Positions 47,660-56,625 of a stretch of 64,000 bases of DNA are shown in pieces. The notes under the pieces are model-generated. The model had not been told where the DNA came from. It saw only the letters and a program-made list of their open reading frames with translations, and did not search any database. Position 1 is the first letter of the stretch. Every line of letters begins with the position of its first letter. The stretch comes from Candidatus Saccharimonadales bacterium. Lineage in GTDB: Bacteria; Patescibacteriota; Saccharimonadia; Saccharimonadales; OMJO01. Position numbers and translations under genes: made by a program. The stretch covers positions 393,323 to 457,322 of the forward strand of contig DATIID010000001.1 in assembly GCA_035480035.1 (NCBI GenBank), read 5' to 3'.

Positions 47660-49549
47660 CTAGATAGATGGGATGTCGTTGACAGTTTGTTCGTCAACGA
47701 TGATAGCATTTTTAGTTGCGGTAATTGGACTTCGTTTGCCACCGTTGATTTGCCAATATGTTTGCGATGAAACACCCTCAATGACCGTACCATCATTCGG
47801 AGTGATATTCATGTGATCGTGGTTGTCTATGGACAACTTATTAACTACAGCAGGGGTAAAGTAATCTGGTAATGTCGCTGCATTATATAGTTTCAAACTG
47901 GCACCACCGGCTGCTCTATAAATTGTACCGGTCTCAACGGCCTTTATAAATTCGCCGTTTGCTGGCACTGCATTCATGTGATCGAGAGCACCGAGTGACT
48001 GTGAGTTAACACCTACGGCATTATGTAAGCCTGAAACAGCACCTTGATTAAATAACCGGACTGGTGCTCCTCCAACAAACTCATATATACCAGCACCGCC
48101 GGCCTCAACAATGTTTATAACCGAACCATCTGTTGGACGTGCATTCATATGGTCCAGCGTTCCCAGAGATTGAGAATTTATACCCACAGCATTAGGAAGA
48201 TTAGGAATTGCACCCTGGTTGAACAAACGTATCGGAGCGCCACCAACGTAGCGATAAATGCCTGAGCCGCCAGCTTCAACAATATTTGCTACTGAACCAT
48301 CGGCCGGTTTTGCATTCATGTGATCGAGAGTACCGAGTGATTGTGAGTTAATATTAACAGCCTTGCCTAGATTTGGGATAGCCCCTTGATTGAATAGTCT
48401 TATTGGTGCTCCACCAATAAAGCGATATATACCTGAACCTCCTGCCTCTTGAATATTGACCACTGCACCGTCTTTCGGCCTAGCGAGCATGTGATCAAGT
48501 GTCCCTAGTGATTGTGAATTAACTGCAGTTGCTCCATGAAAGTTTGGTAATACTCCCCAATTAAATTGGCGTATCGGCGCTCCTCCAACAAATTCATATA
48601 TTCCGGAACCGCCAGCTTCAGCAATACTTATAAATTCACCGTCGTTCGGATAATGAGGTAGTTTTCCAAGGTTATCACTAGATATAGGCGTCACTGAACC
48701 TTTAAAATCTGAGATTGCTCCTTGGTTGTAAATTCTAATTGGAGCACCGCCGGCCATTCTATAAATCGCCCCATTTTCATTAACTTTTAAAAAAGCTCCT
48801 TCTGGATAGGCTGTATTTAAAATAACTGGGTTACTGCCATTGGGATGCACACCAAAGTCAACGAACTCTGTGAAACTAGATCTAGCAATATCTATTGTAC
48901 GTTGATCACCATTACCTAATTCGTCATGATTATATTCAGATATGGTCATGCTTTTACCGTCACTGCTAATATTTTCAATAAAAGCAACGTGTCCATAGTT
49001 TGTTATGTTACCTTTGGAATCATAAGTTGTGGGTTCAACTGCCGCATCCCAAGCCTGAGGGTTTAATGTTTTTTGCGAATTAGACGCACTGTCATACCAT
49101 TGACCACCATCACCAAGATTATTAGGAACGTCATAATTTGTTAATTGTTTTAATCGATATGCAACCCAGTCAGTGCAGTTTCTATATGCATAGCCACGAC
49201 TTGACAGTTCAGACGGATCATTATAATTATCGGTGTGAGTAGGACCCCAGTCATAATTTGCACATGCTCCAGTTACATTATATGGCGAGTGTTCACAAGG
49301 CATAGTCTTATTGGGATAATTAGCAATGGCATCGTCGATCGTATCGGCACTCGCCACCGTCGGATGAAGTGTTTCTTGAGCACTCAAAAAACCAACGCTA
49401 CTACTTAAGCTTAACAGCCCGACCAATGCCACTCTTTTTAATTTTCCAACAAATATTTCAGTTTTACCTTTTGATTGATCTTGAAAATTTTGTTCAATTA
49501 CTTCTGTTTCTATCGGTGGTTGTGGGTTCTCTTTCATAATTCTCCCCAT
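47660..49549 (-). CDS. membrane-anchored CHAP-domain amidase with about 6.5 C-terminal tandem repeats
   Basis: TM/signal segment VALVGLLSLSSSVGFLSA. CHAP Cys in YRNCTDWVAYR and His in YGHVAFIEN. Then repeats of consensus EAGGSGIYxFVGGAPIRLFNQGAIPNLxxAVxINSQSLGTLDHMNAxPxDGS. Confidence 0.8.
   Translation of the reverse strand: MGRIMKENPQPPIETEVIEQNFQDQSKGKTEIFVGKLKRVALVGLLSLSSSVGFLSAQETLHPTVASADTIDDAIANYPNKTMPCEHSPYNVTGACANYDWGPTHTDNYNDPSELSSRGYAYRNCTDWVAYRLKQLTNYDVPNNLGDGGQWYDSASNSQKTLNPQAWDAAVEPTTYDSKGNITNYGHVAFIENISSDGKSMTISEYNHDELGNGDQRTIDIARSSFTEFVDFGVHPNGSNPVILNTAYPEGAFLKVNENGAIYRMAGGAPIRIYNQGAISDFKGSVTPISSDNLGKLPHYPNDGEFISIAEAGGSGIYEFVGGAPIRQFNWGVLPNFHGATAVNSQSLGTLDHMLARPKDGAVVNIQEAGGSGIYRFIGGAPIRLFNQGAIPNLGKAVNINSQSLGTLDHMNAKPADGSVANIVEAGGSGIYRYVGGAPIRLFNQGAIPNLPNAVGINSQSLGTLDHMNARPTDGSVINIVEAGGAGIYEFVGGAPVRLFNQGAVSGLHNAVGVNSQSLGALDHMNAVPANGEFIKAVETGTIYRAAGGASLKLYNAATLPDYFTPAVVNKLSIDNHDHMNITPNDGTVIEGVSSQTYWQINGGKRSPITATKNAIIVDEQTVNDIPSI
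47663..48796 (-). repeat. in-frame tandem repeat region, period 55-57 codons (165-171 nt), about 6.5 units
   Basis: The I-Y core recurs at residues 262, 317, 374, 431, 488 and 543, with a degenerate unit near 597. Confidence 0.8.
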
Positions 49550-49593
49550 ACGCTCCCACCAGCCATTAGTAATTAATAAAATATTATTGAAAC

Positions 49594-50214
49594 TTAGTAC
49601 CTAACGGACTCCAATATTAATTTAGCTATCTTAAGGTCGGGATTAGCATTAAATTGCGCATTAGTTTCACTTTGATAATCTTGCAGAGAATTAAGCTTAC
49701 TGATGCCTCTAAATTTTGAGTAAACTCCTGGTATTTTTGGAGATTTTATTAAATATTCACCGTTGGCTTGTTGAAGTATTAACGCATTACCAGTACCGTT
49801 ATCCAAAGAATATGTAACATTTTCTAGATTGACTACTCCTAAATTATTCATTCTGAACGGTTGTGAACTTATGACCTCTTTACAGTCAGTACACTTGGTA
49901 TCCGTAACATTATCGTGTAAGCCATTTGCACTTTTAAAAGTATCGATTGTTATATGAAATTTATTACTATCGATAATGATGTGTTCTGTGTCATCTTTGT
50001 TACCTACCTGAGCTGTATATGACCAGTTTGAGGGATAATGAATTGTAAAGCCTGTCCATGTTGAAACCGATGTTTTCCATCCATAATATTTATCGTCATT
50101 TTGTTGCACATTTACTGCCACCGTTCTGGTACTTGTTTTGTTGTTTTTGTGCCAATAGTATCCGCCAGTAACTAGTAATACTATGATAATCGATGCCGCT
50201 ACTAGTTTTTTCAT
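49594..50214 (-). CDS. membrane-anchored paralog of the pilin-like exodomain family (no prepilin cleavage motif)
   Basis: N-terminal TM segment. It shares GWKTSVSTWTGFTIHYPSNW and the C-terminal AKLILESVRY with 27312..28022 (GWETYKSTSEGFSFRYPKSW and AELILQSLSY). Confidence 0.55.
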   Translation of the reverse strand: MKKLVAASIIIVLLVTGGYYWHKNNKTSTRTVAVNVQQNDDKYYGWKTSVSTWTGFTIHYPSNWSYTAQVGNKDDTEHIIIDSNKFHITIDTFKSANGLHDNVTDTKCTDCKEVISSQPFRMNNLGVVNLENVTYSLDNGTGNALILQQANGEYLIKSPKIPGVYSKFRGISKLNSLQDYQSETNAQFNANPDLKIAKLILESVRY

Positions 50215-50362
50215 TGTTACCCTCCAAATGAAATTGAGTGAATTATAATCCTAGCTGCACACAGTGCAAGCATAGGCTTTTTATTTCTGTGTATAAAGTG
50301 TGAATAAGGTGTGTATTTGTTGTGGTTAGCTGCTGTAAGAATGAAATCTGTTGGCGAGCATG

Positions 50363-50368
50363 TATAAT
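50363..50368 (+). promoter_or_regulatory. -10 box TATAAT (tgTATAAT), 10 nt upstream of the ATG at 50379
   Basis: catgtataat-gtaagcgaat-ATG. No SD. Confidence 0.5.
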
Positions 50369-50378
50369 GTAAGCGAAT

Positions 50379-50747
50379 ATGACAAAAGTTGCGATTATTG
50401 AAGATGACATGGCGATTAGCCAGATGTACCGCATAAAGTTTGAGATGGAGGGGTACGAAGTTGACACGGCCGAGAACGGCAAGCTCGGCTTGGCTCTAGT
50501 CGAGAAAATGAAACCAGATATAGTTCTACTTGACATTATGATGCCAGAAATGAACGGCGATACTATGCTGGCAGAAATGCGCAAAACCGATTGGGGCAAA
50601 GATATTAGGGTTATTATTTTAACCAACAAAGGCGAACAAGAAGCCCCAGAGATCCTTAAAACATTAGGTGTGCTCAAATACATTGTCAAAGCTGAGATGA
50701 CCCCACGCCAAGTGGCCGAAATGGTTAAAAAGATCTTGGAAGAGTGA
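50379..50747 (+). CDS. stand-alone response-regulator receiver protein
   Basis: 122 aa. EDD, LLDIMMP, LTN and IVKA. Confidence 0.85.
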   Translation: MTKVAIIEDDMAISQMYRIKFEMEGYEVDTAENGKLGLALVEKMKPDIVLLDIMMPEMNGDTMLAEMRKTDWGKDIRVIILTNKGEQEAPEILKTLGVLKYIVKAEMTPRQVAEMVKKILEE

Positions 50748-50748
50748 T

Positions 50749-51120
50749 ATGGCCAAACGAATCGCTATTATTGAAGACGAAGTTTCGATCAGCAAACTCT
50801 ATGAATTTAAGTTTATAAAAGAAGGTTACGACGTTAAGACCGCATTCAATGGTAAAGATGGTCTGGAATTAGTTGAGAAATTTCTGCCGAATGTAATTTT
50901 ACTTGACCTATTGATGCCAGAAATGAACGGCGAGGAAATGCTAACCAAACTTCGAGAAACAGACTGGGGCAAAGATATCAAAGTTATTATTTTAACGAAT
51001 GTTAGCCGCCAGGAAGCACCGGAGTCGATGGCTAATCTGGAAATTAGCCGCTATATCGTCAAAGCTGAAATGACCGCTAGTCAAGTAGCTGAAGTCGTTA
51101 AAGAAGTTTTGCTACGTTAA
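50749..51120 (+). CDS. stand-alone response-regulator receiver protein
   Basis: 123 aa. EDE, LLDLLMP, LTN and IVKA. It starts 1 nt after the previous stop. Confidence 0.85.
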   Translation: MAKRIAIIEDEVSISKLYEFKFIKEGYDVKTAFNGKDGLELVEKFLPNVILLDLLMPEMNGEEMLTKLRETDWGKDIKVIILTNVSRQEAPESMANLEISRYIVKAEMTASQVAEVVKEVLLR

Positions 51121-51137
51121 TTTGTTAGAATAAACTC

Positions 51138-52439
51138 ATGCGAGTTGCCATTTTAGGATATGCTGACCAAGGCCGAGCGGCATTGGACTATTGGCGTGAG
51201 GGCAATGAAATTACAATCTGCGATTCGCGGACAGATGTGGAATTGCCGGAAGGCGTACATCATCAGCTGGGCGAAAATTATCTGCAAAACCTAGACCAAT
51301 TTGACTTGATTGTCAGAGGCGCACCAAGTATTCATCCGCGTTACATCATCGAAGCAAATTCTCTGGAAATTATGAACAAAGTTACGACTGTGACTAATGA
51401 GTTTTTCCGCGTCTGTCCGTCGAAAAACATCATCGGCGTAACTGGCACCAAAGGCAAAGGTACGACTTCAACATTAATCACAAAAATGTTGGAAGCCAGT
51501 GGACAGCGGGTGCATCTAGGAGGTAATATTGGCACTCCACCACTTGATATATTAAAAGCCGACATCCAGTCTGACGACTGGGTAGTGCTGGAACTAGCTA
51601 ATTTTCAACTAATTGACTTCAAGTATTCCCCGCCCATCGCAGTATGCTTAATGGTAGTGCCCGAACATTTGGATTGGCATCCGGACATTAACGAATACCT
51701 AGTTTCTAAACAACAATTATTTGCCCATCAAACAGCTGACGACATTGCTATCTATTACTCTAAAAACCGCAATTCTAGACAAGTTGTCTCGGTCAGCCCG
51801 GGAGTAAAGGTCCCGTATATGAAGGCACCGGGAGCGTTTGTTGACGACGGCATGATTACTATCGACGGTCAACCAATTTGCCACACTAGAGAGTTAAAGC
51901 TACTTGGACGACACAACTGGCAAAATGTTTGTGCGGCATTGACCGCAACTTGGATCATCAGCAAAGATGTTGAAGCAATACGCTCGGTACTAACCACTTT
52001 TTCAGGTCTGGAATATCGCTTGCAGTTTATCCGCGCCGTTGACGGGGTTTCGTATTACAACGATTCGTTTGGCACAACGCCGGAAACTGCCATTGTGGCA
52101 ATCAAAGCTTTTGAGCAACCAAAGGTTTTGATCCTCGGCGGTTCAGACAAAGGCGCCAGCTTTGAAAAACTAGCTCAAGCAGTTCATGAAAACAACGTCC
52201 GACAAGTTTTGACAATTGGTAAAATGGGGCCCGAGATCGGCCAAGCTCTGCTGCATGTTGGATTTGAAGATATCAGCGATGGCGGGCAGACTATGGATGA
52301 GATAGTCAGCAACGCCGCGCGGTTAGCTGAGCCCGGCGATGTCGTGCTACTATCAACGGCATGCGCCAGTTTTGATATGTTCAAAAATTACAAAGATCGT
52401 GGTCAACAATTCAATCAAGCTGTGCAAGTACTCGCTTGA
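51138..52439 (+). CDS. murD: UDP-N-acetylmuramoyl-L-alanine--D-glutamate ligase
   Basis: GVTGTKGKGTTSTL P-loop and Mur ligase architecture. 433 aa. Confidence 0.9.
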   Translation: MRVAILGYADQGRAALDYWREGNEITICDSRTDVELPEGVHHQLGENYLQNLDQFDLIVRGAPSIHPRYIIEANSLEIMNKVTTVTNEFFRVCPSKNIIGVTGTKGKGTTSTLITKMLEASGQRVHLGGNIGTPPLDILKADIQSDDWVVLELANFQLIDFKYSPPIAVCLMVVPEHLDWHPDINEYLVSKQQLFAHQTADDIAIYYSKNRNSRQVVSVSPGVKVPYMKAPGAFVDDGMITIDGQPICHTRELKLLGRHNWQNVCAALTATWIISKDVEAIRSVLTTFSGLEYRLQFIRAVDGVSYYNDSFGTTPETAIVAIKAFEQPKVLILGGSDKGASFEKLAQAVHENNVRQVLTIGKMGPEIGQALLHVGFEDISDGGQTMDEIVSNAARLAEPGDVVLLSTACASFDMFKNYKDRGQQFNQAVQVLA

Positions 52440-53112
52440 GTTGAGCCACAATTGCTGGTTCGGGTTGGATAACTTTGGCCCGATCCTTTACGATATCTTT
52501 GATTAAATCTTCAATCCAATGATAATGCGTACAGCCAAGCACAATTACATCAGCGCCTTGGTCGCAAACTTCACTAATTCGGTCCTCGATTTTTTGATGA
52601 TCGAGTTGGTTGTCTTCAATCATCTGAGTCCAGTCGCTGCAATCCGGTTCGAGAACTTCGACGCCTTTGGCATATTCGTCTTTTAGCCACTGGTAGCGCT
52701 TGCTGGATAAAGTTGCCGGTGTGGCACAAACCGCAATGATACCGGATTTAGTCAATTCCGCCGCCGGTTTGACCATTGGCTCGATGGCCACTAATGGTAC
52801 TTTTATTTCATTACGTAGTGTCGCAATTATGTTAGTGGTCACGGTGTTACAGGCGATTACAATAACTTCGCAACCACGCCTAACCAATTCTTCTAAAATT
52901 GGCACGACATAGGTGTGGAGTTGTTTGGGTGTTTTGTTACCGTAGGGCAAATGCTCTTTGTCGGTGGCATACAAAACTTCATAATTTGGCAAAGCCTCTT
53001 CAATAGCTTGGGCGACTGACAAGCCACCAACTCCGGAATCAAACACGCCAATTTTCGGCTTATCAGCTTTTGGCGGATGAGCTGTAGCTGGTGTGCCTTC
53101 GCCATATTTCAT
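52411..53112 (-). CDS. murI: glutamate racemase
   Basis: GVFDSGVGGLSV, IACNT and LGCTHY. Confidence 0.9.
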   Translation of the reverse strand: MKYGEGTPATAHPPKADKPKIGVFDSGVGGLSVAQAIEEALPNYEVLYATDKEHLPYGNKTPKQLHTYVVPILEELVRRGCEVIVIACNTVTTNIIATLRNEIKVPLVAIEPMVKPAAELTKSGIIAVCATPATLSSKRYQWLKDEYAKGVEVLEPDCSDWTQMIEDNQLDHQKIEDRISEVCDQGADVIVLGCTHYHWIEDLIKDIVKDRAKVIQPEPAIVAQLKRVLAQLD

Positions 53113-53930
53113 GATGACGTCTCCTGGGCTGCGGTTTTCTGAGCTGAGCGAATGACGTTTTCAAATAAGGCACAGACGGTTAAAGGACCGACTCCGCCCT
53201 TTTCCGGAGTAATGGTTATGTACGGCAAATCTCGTACTTCGGGTGCAATATCACCAACCAAGCCATTTTTATCGGTTGCTACGCCGGCATCGACAATTAC
53301 CGCATTTGGGTTGACCATATCTTTTTTGACCAAGCCAGCAACACCCGTGGCGGTCACCAGCACATCAGCCTGTTTGACTTGATCTTTTAAGTCAGTCGTT
53401 TTTTTATCAACTACAGTGACGTCTAAACCCGACCCCTGCCAGATTTTAGCCAGTGGCTGCCCGACCAGCCGACCATGACCTAGGATAACCAATTTCTTGC
53501 CAGCCAATTCCACACCATAACCAGATATTAGCCAATTAATCGCCATTGGGGTGGCCGGATCAAACTGGCTTTTTTCATTCAGACCATCAACGTCTTTAGA
53601 TGGAATAACAGTATTTAAAATCTCAGCAGTTTGACTTGGGTCTGGTAATGGAATTTGAACAATCATACCGTGAACTGATTCATCGTGGTTAAGTTTCTCA
53701 ATGGCTGCCAGCGCTTTTGACTGGTCAATTGTTAAAACTTCGACATCCACCGAAATATCAGCGCCATAATTTGATTTCATACGCATGTAGCTGTCGACCA
53801 CCGGGTCAGGATTGGTCCGAATGATAACCAGTTTCGGAATGACACCGTGGGCCTGCCGCAATGCACGGACGGCTTTTGCTTGTCTTTCTTTAATAAATTC
53901 GGCCAGTTCGGCACCATTCAGAATTTTCAT
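53109..53930 (-). CDS. folD: bifunctional methylenetetrahydrofolate dehydrogenase/cyclohydrolase
   Basis: MKILNGAELA start, YMRMKSN, GHGRLVGQP and PEKGGVGPLT. Confidence 0.9.
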   Translation of the reverse strand: MKILNGAELAEFIKERQAKAVRALRQAHGVIPKLVIIRTNPDPVVDSYMRMKSNYGADISVDVEVLTIDQSKALAAIEKLNHDESVHGMIVQIPLPDPSQTAEILNTVIPSKDVDGLNEKSQFDPATPMAINWLISGYGVELAGKKLVILGHGRLVGQPLAKIWQGSGLDVTVVDKKTTDLKDQVKQADVLVTATGVAGLVKKDMVNPNAVIVDAGVATDKNGLVGDIAPEVRDLPYITITPEKGGVGPLTVCALFENVIRSAQKTAAQETSS

Positions 53931-53938
53931 ACCAGTTT

Positions 53939-53944
53939 ATTGTA
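53939..53944 (-). promoter_or_regulatory. -10 box TACAAT, 8 nt upstream of the folD ATG
   Basis: Plus strand attgta at 53939..53944. No SD. Confidence 0.4.
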
Positions 53945-53967
53945 ACTTAAATACAGAGGTAGTTCTA

Positions 53968-54636
53968 TCACTCTGTTAAGTGAGAGTGGTCGTTATACAT
54001 CCAAAGCCGCCAGCACGACGGTTGTTCAAAAGCGTCCTCATAAACGATAACTGTAACACCGGTGTTTTCCATTTCGGTGACTTGGACTAATTTTTTGAAG
54101 GATTTAGAGTTTAATTGTTCGTCTAGTAGTACCCGAGCAACCAGCACTCGCAAGAAATAGCCATGGGTTACGACTACTAAATTTTTAGCAGGATAATCGT
54201 ATAAAAACTTTAGAGCCTGATCGGCGCGCTCAACAATTTCATCATAATTTTCGCCGTCTTCAATTTTCGTACCAGGAGTAGTCATGCTGACTTCCCACTT
54301 GCGCCAAATCTCAGCCGCATTGGTGTCACTATAGGGCTTACCATTAACCGAAGTCGGTTTGATGCGCTCAACGAATAAATCCGAAAGTTCAACTGGTTTA
54401 TCGGTAAGTTTAGCAATTGCCTCGGCCGTGGTTTTAGCTCGGCTCTGGGGACTGGAAATTAAAGCTTGAAAGTCTGCTTCATTAATGCGATTCGCAATTT
54501 TACTAGCTTGTTCATGGCCAGTTTTACTTAAGGGTGAATCGACGCCTTGAAAAACCGCCGCGACGTTGTCGTCGCTTTGGCCATGGCGCACAAAATAGAC
54601 AATTTTTTTAGTAGACTTTTTAGATCTCACTATCAC
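53968..54636 (-). CDS. histidine phosphatase family protein (phosphoglycerate mutase-like)
   Basis: YFVRHGQSDDN is the RHG motif. A later VTHG is present. GTG start. Confidence 0.8.
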   Translation of the reverse strand: MIVRSKKSTKKIVYFVRHGQSDDNVAAVFQGVDSPLSKTGHEQASKIANRINEADFQALISSPQSRAKTTAEAIAKLTDKPVELSDLFVERIKPTSVNGKPYSDTNAAEIWRKWEVSMTTPGTKIEDGENYDEIVERADQALKFLYDYPAKNLVVVTHGYFLRVLVARVLLDEQLNSKSFKKLVQVTEMENTGVTVIVYEDAFEQPSCWRLWMYNDHSHLTE

Positions 54637-54642
54637 CGTAAT

Positions 54643-54651
54643 ATTTTAACA
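54643..54651 (-). promoter_or_regulatory. extended -10 box TGTTAAAAT, 6 nt upstream of the GTG at 54636
   Basis: Plus strand attttaaca at 54643..54651. Confidence 0.45.
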
Positions 54652-54703
54652 TTAATCTGTTATTCTGGTTTCATCTAAAACAGGAAGTGTTACGATATAA
54701 CCA

Positions 54704-55195
54704 ATGGTTGAAGCTTATCGTGGATTTTTTGCGGCCAGCACGGGTGCCTCGGCGGCTTTTATTGGTCTGTTGTTTGTGGCAGTGTCATTCATTGAAAGCG
54801 CCAGTGCCAATGAGTCCGTCAAAGCTTGGCGTCAAATTATTGCCAACAGTTCATTTTCTCAGCTGATTAATGTATTTTTTGTGTCGTTAGCTGGGCTGCT
54901 ACCAGATCCTCATAATTTCGCATTTATTGGTTGTGTCATGGCAATCCTTGGTCTGATTGTTTCAGCTAAGCTGTTACCTAAAACAATTAATCGAGAAGTT
55001 ACCGGTCGCAGCACTCCAACTGTGCTTGGTTTGACAGCAGTTGGAGTATATTGCTTAGAGCTAATTACTGGTCTAATGCTTATAAATAATCAAAATAGTC
55101 AGACTGCTCTTAATTATTTCATTCTAGCCATAATTATCCTCTACGCTGGTGCACTTGCTCGGGCGTGGGAAATCACCGGTATAAAACGCCGTTAA
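54704..55195 (+). CDS. hypothetical membrane protein (4-5 TM)
   Basis: 163-aa hydrophobic ORF. No family recognised. Confidence 0.5.
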   Translation: MVEAYRGFFAASTGASAAFIGLLFVAVSFIESASANESVKAWRQIIANSSFSQLINVFFVSLAGLLPDPHNFAFIGCVMAILGLIVSAKLLPKTINREVTGRSTPTVLGLTAVGVYCLELITGLMLINNQNSQTALNYFILAIIILYAGALARAWEITGIKRR

Positions 55196-55241
55196 GAATC
55201 AAGACTTCATTTTATAGTGGCAGTTTTTGTAATACAAGTTA

Positions 55242-55661
55242 TTAAGCGCTCTTGTCAATAATATTGTTCAGATTAGAGTACCATTCTCTTTGAGATTCAT
55301 ATAGGTTGTTAATGATTGGCACTGATTTTATTTGATGACGTATATATTTAAGCCAAGCAACCCGATCATTATTATCCATAATTTCTTCCATGGACCAAAC
55401 TGTATCCAAAATATTTAGGTACATGGAAGCTAGAGCTTTAGCTTTTTGTTCTTGTCCTTTCGGAAGTTTTCCACCTTCAATAAAGTATGGTCGTAGTTCA
55501 GGCTGATTGATAAATATCTGGTTTAACTCGATTAAAATGGAACCGATCTGGCCATTAGCATTAATAGTTCTCATACGCTTGTTGGATATCCATGCAGTCA
55601 GTGCCGCAAAAGCCGAAACAAAAGCAGCAATAATTGCAATCCAATTAGTAAACTTCATCAT
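55242..55661 (-). CDS. hypothetical protein with an N-terminal TM anchor
   Basis: 139-aa AT-rich ORF. No family recognised. Confidence 0.45.
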   Translation of the reverse strand: MMKFTNWIAIIAAFVSAFAALTAWISNKRMRTINANGQIGSILIELNQIFINQPELRPYFIEGGKLPKGQEQKAKALASMYLNILDTVWSMEEIMDNNDRVAWLKYIRHQIKSVPIINNLYESQREWYSNLNNIIDKSA

Positions 55662-55731
55662 ATGTCTAATGCAAATATAACTATTATGACCTTGTATTAC
55701 AAGAAAAGTTCAGATTGAGCGTTCAAATTTA

Positions 55732-55808
55732 TGGAGGGCCATCGGGGACTCGAACCCCGGACACCCTGCTTAAGAGGCAGGTGCTCTAACCAGCTGAGCT
55801 AATGGCCC
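55732..55808 (-). tRNA. tRNA-Lys (anticodon CUU), CCA encoded
   Basis: Minus strand reads GGGCCATTAGCTCAGCTGGTTAGAGCACCTGCCTCTTAAGCAGGGTGTCCGGGGTTCGAGTCCCCGATGGCCCTCCA. Clean cloverleaf. Confidence 0.9.
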
Positions 55809-56002
55809 ACGTCAAAACTTACGCATTGGCTTCGTTTTGCCTGCAGCAAAAGCTTCAGCTTAATGCTATGCTTCTCCTCTTAGTTTTTCAAACAGTCGAA
55901 TCAGCAAAGCCGCTCCTTGGTTTGAAAAACTATAAACAAAAAAGCTTGGGTAATTTTAACAGTTTATCTCTGTTATGGCAATAAAAAATTTGATATATTA
56001 AA

Positions 56003-56233
56003 ATGATGAGCAAGCAGCATACGGTTTATCACAAGGATGGGAGTGTTTGGGCTAAAGGCAAGATCGTCGACGGCTTGCCCAATGGTTACTGGGAATGGTT
56101 TAGAAAAGATGGCACCAAGATGCGTTCTGGATATTTTAAGAACAACAAACAAGTTGGCGACTGGATAACTTATGATAAAAAGGGTGAAGTTTACAAAATA
56201 ACTTCCATGGATAAAGAACAGAGGCCTAGTTAG
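56003..56233 (+). CDS. MORN-repeat-variant (YwqK-family) small protein
   Basis: The pattern HKDGSVWAKGKIVDGLPNGYWEWFRKDGTKMRSGYFKNNKQVGDWITYDKKGEV is MORN-like. Confidence 0.5.
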   Translation: MMSKQHTVYHKDGSVWAKGKIVDGLPNGYWEWFRKDGTKMRSGYFKNNKQVGDWITYDKKGEVYKITSMDKEQRPS

Positions 56234-56266
56234 GCCCCTGCTGAACGCATAGAGTTGTTTAATCTA

Positions 56267-56440
56267 CTATTGATACTGTTGGCTGCGACGACCGCCGCCG
56301 TGGCTATTTCGACCACCTTTGGCGCGAGCCTCAGCAGTCAAGTTCTTACCCCCTGTGGCTTTGCCGCCTTTACTAGCGATTTCACGTTGTTTGTCTTCGT
56401 CCATCGAAGCAAAACCGCGATTACTAGTGTTATCGGCCAT
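56267..56440 (-). CDS. KGG-repeat general-stress-type small protein (57 aa)
   Basis: Absent from the ORF track because it is under 60 aa. Sequence MADNTSNRGFASMDEDKQREIASKGGKATGGKNLTAEARAKGGRNSHGGGRRSQQYQ. Strong SD gaggaggtg sits 4 nt upstream. A tataaaat -10 lies about 30 nt further upstream. Confidence 0.6.
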   Translation of the reverse strand: MADNTSNRGFASMDEDKQREIASKGGKATGGKNLTAEARAKGGRNSHGGGRRSQQYQ

Positions 56441-56625
56441 AAGCACCTCCTCCCCGTTATTTTATGGCAATTTTATACTAATCTGATTGTGTCTCTGCTT
56501 CAGTTAATAATCTCACAGAATATATCAATAATAATATGTTTAATTATCCGAGTGCTTGGTGAGGTTGACCTGTTTATAAGGTGCACAAGCATACCCCCTC
56601 TTTTCCAGCCCACGAGGGGGTTTTA

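Noticed and set aside
47663-48796. The tandem repeats considered as template/variable repeats of a diversity-generating retroelement
   Set aside because: The window has no reverse transcriptase and no adenine-specific mismatch pattern between copies. The units are contiguous in-frame protein repeats.
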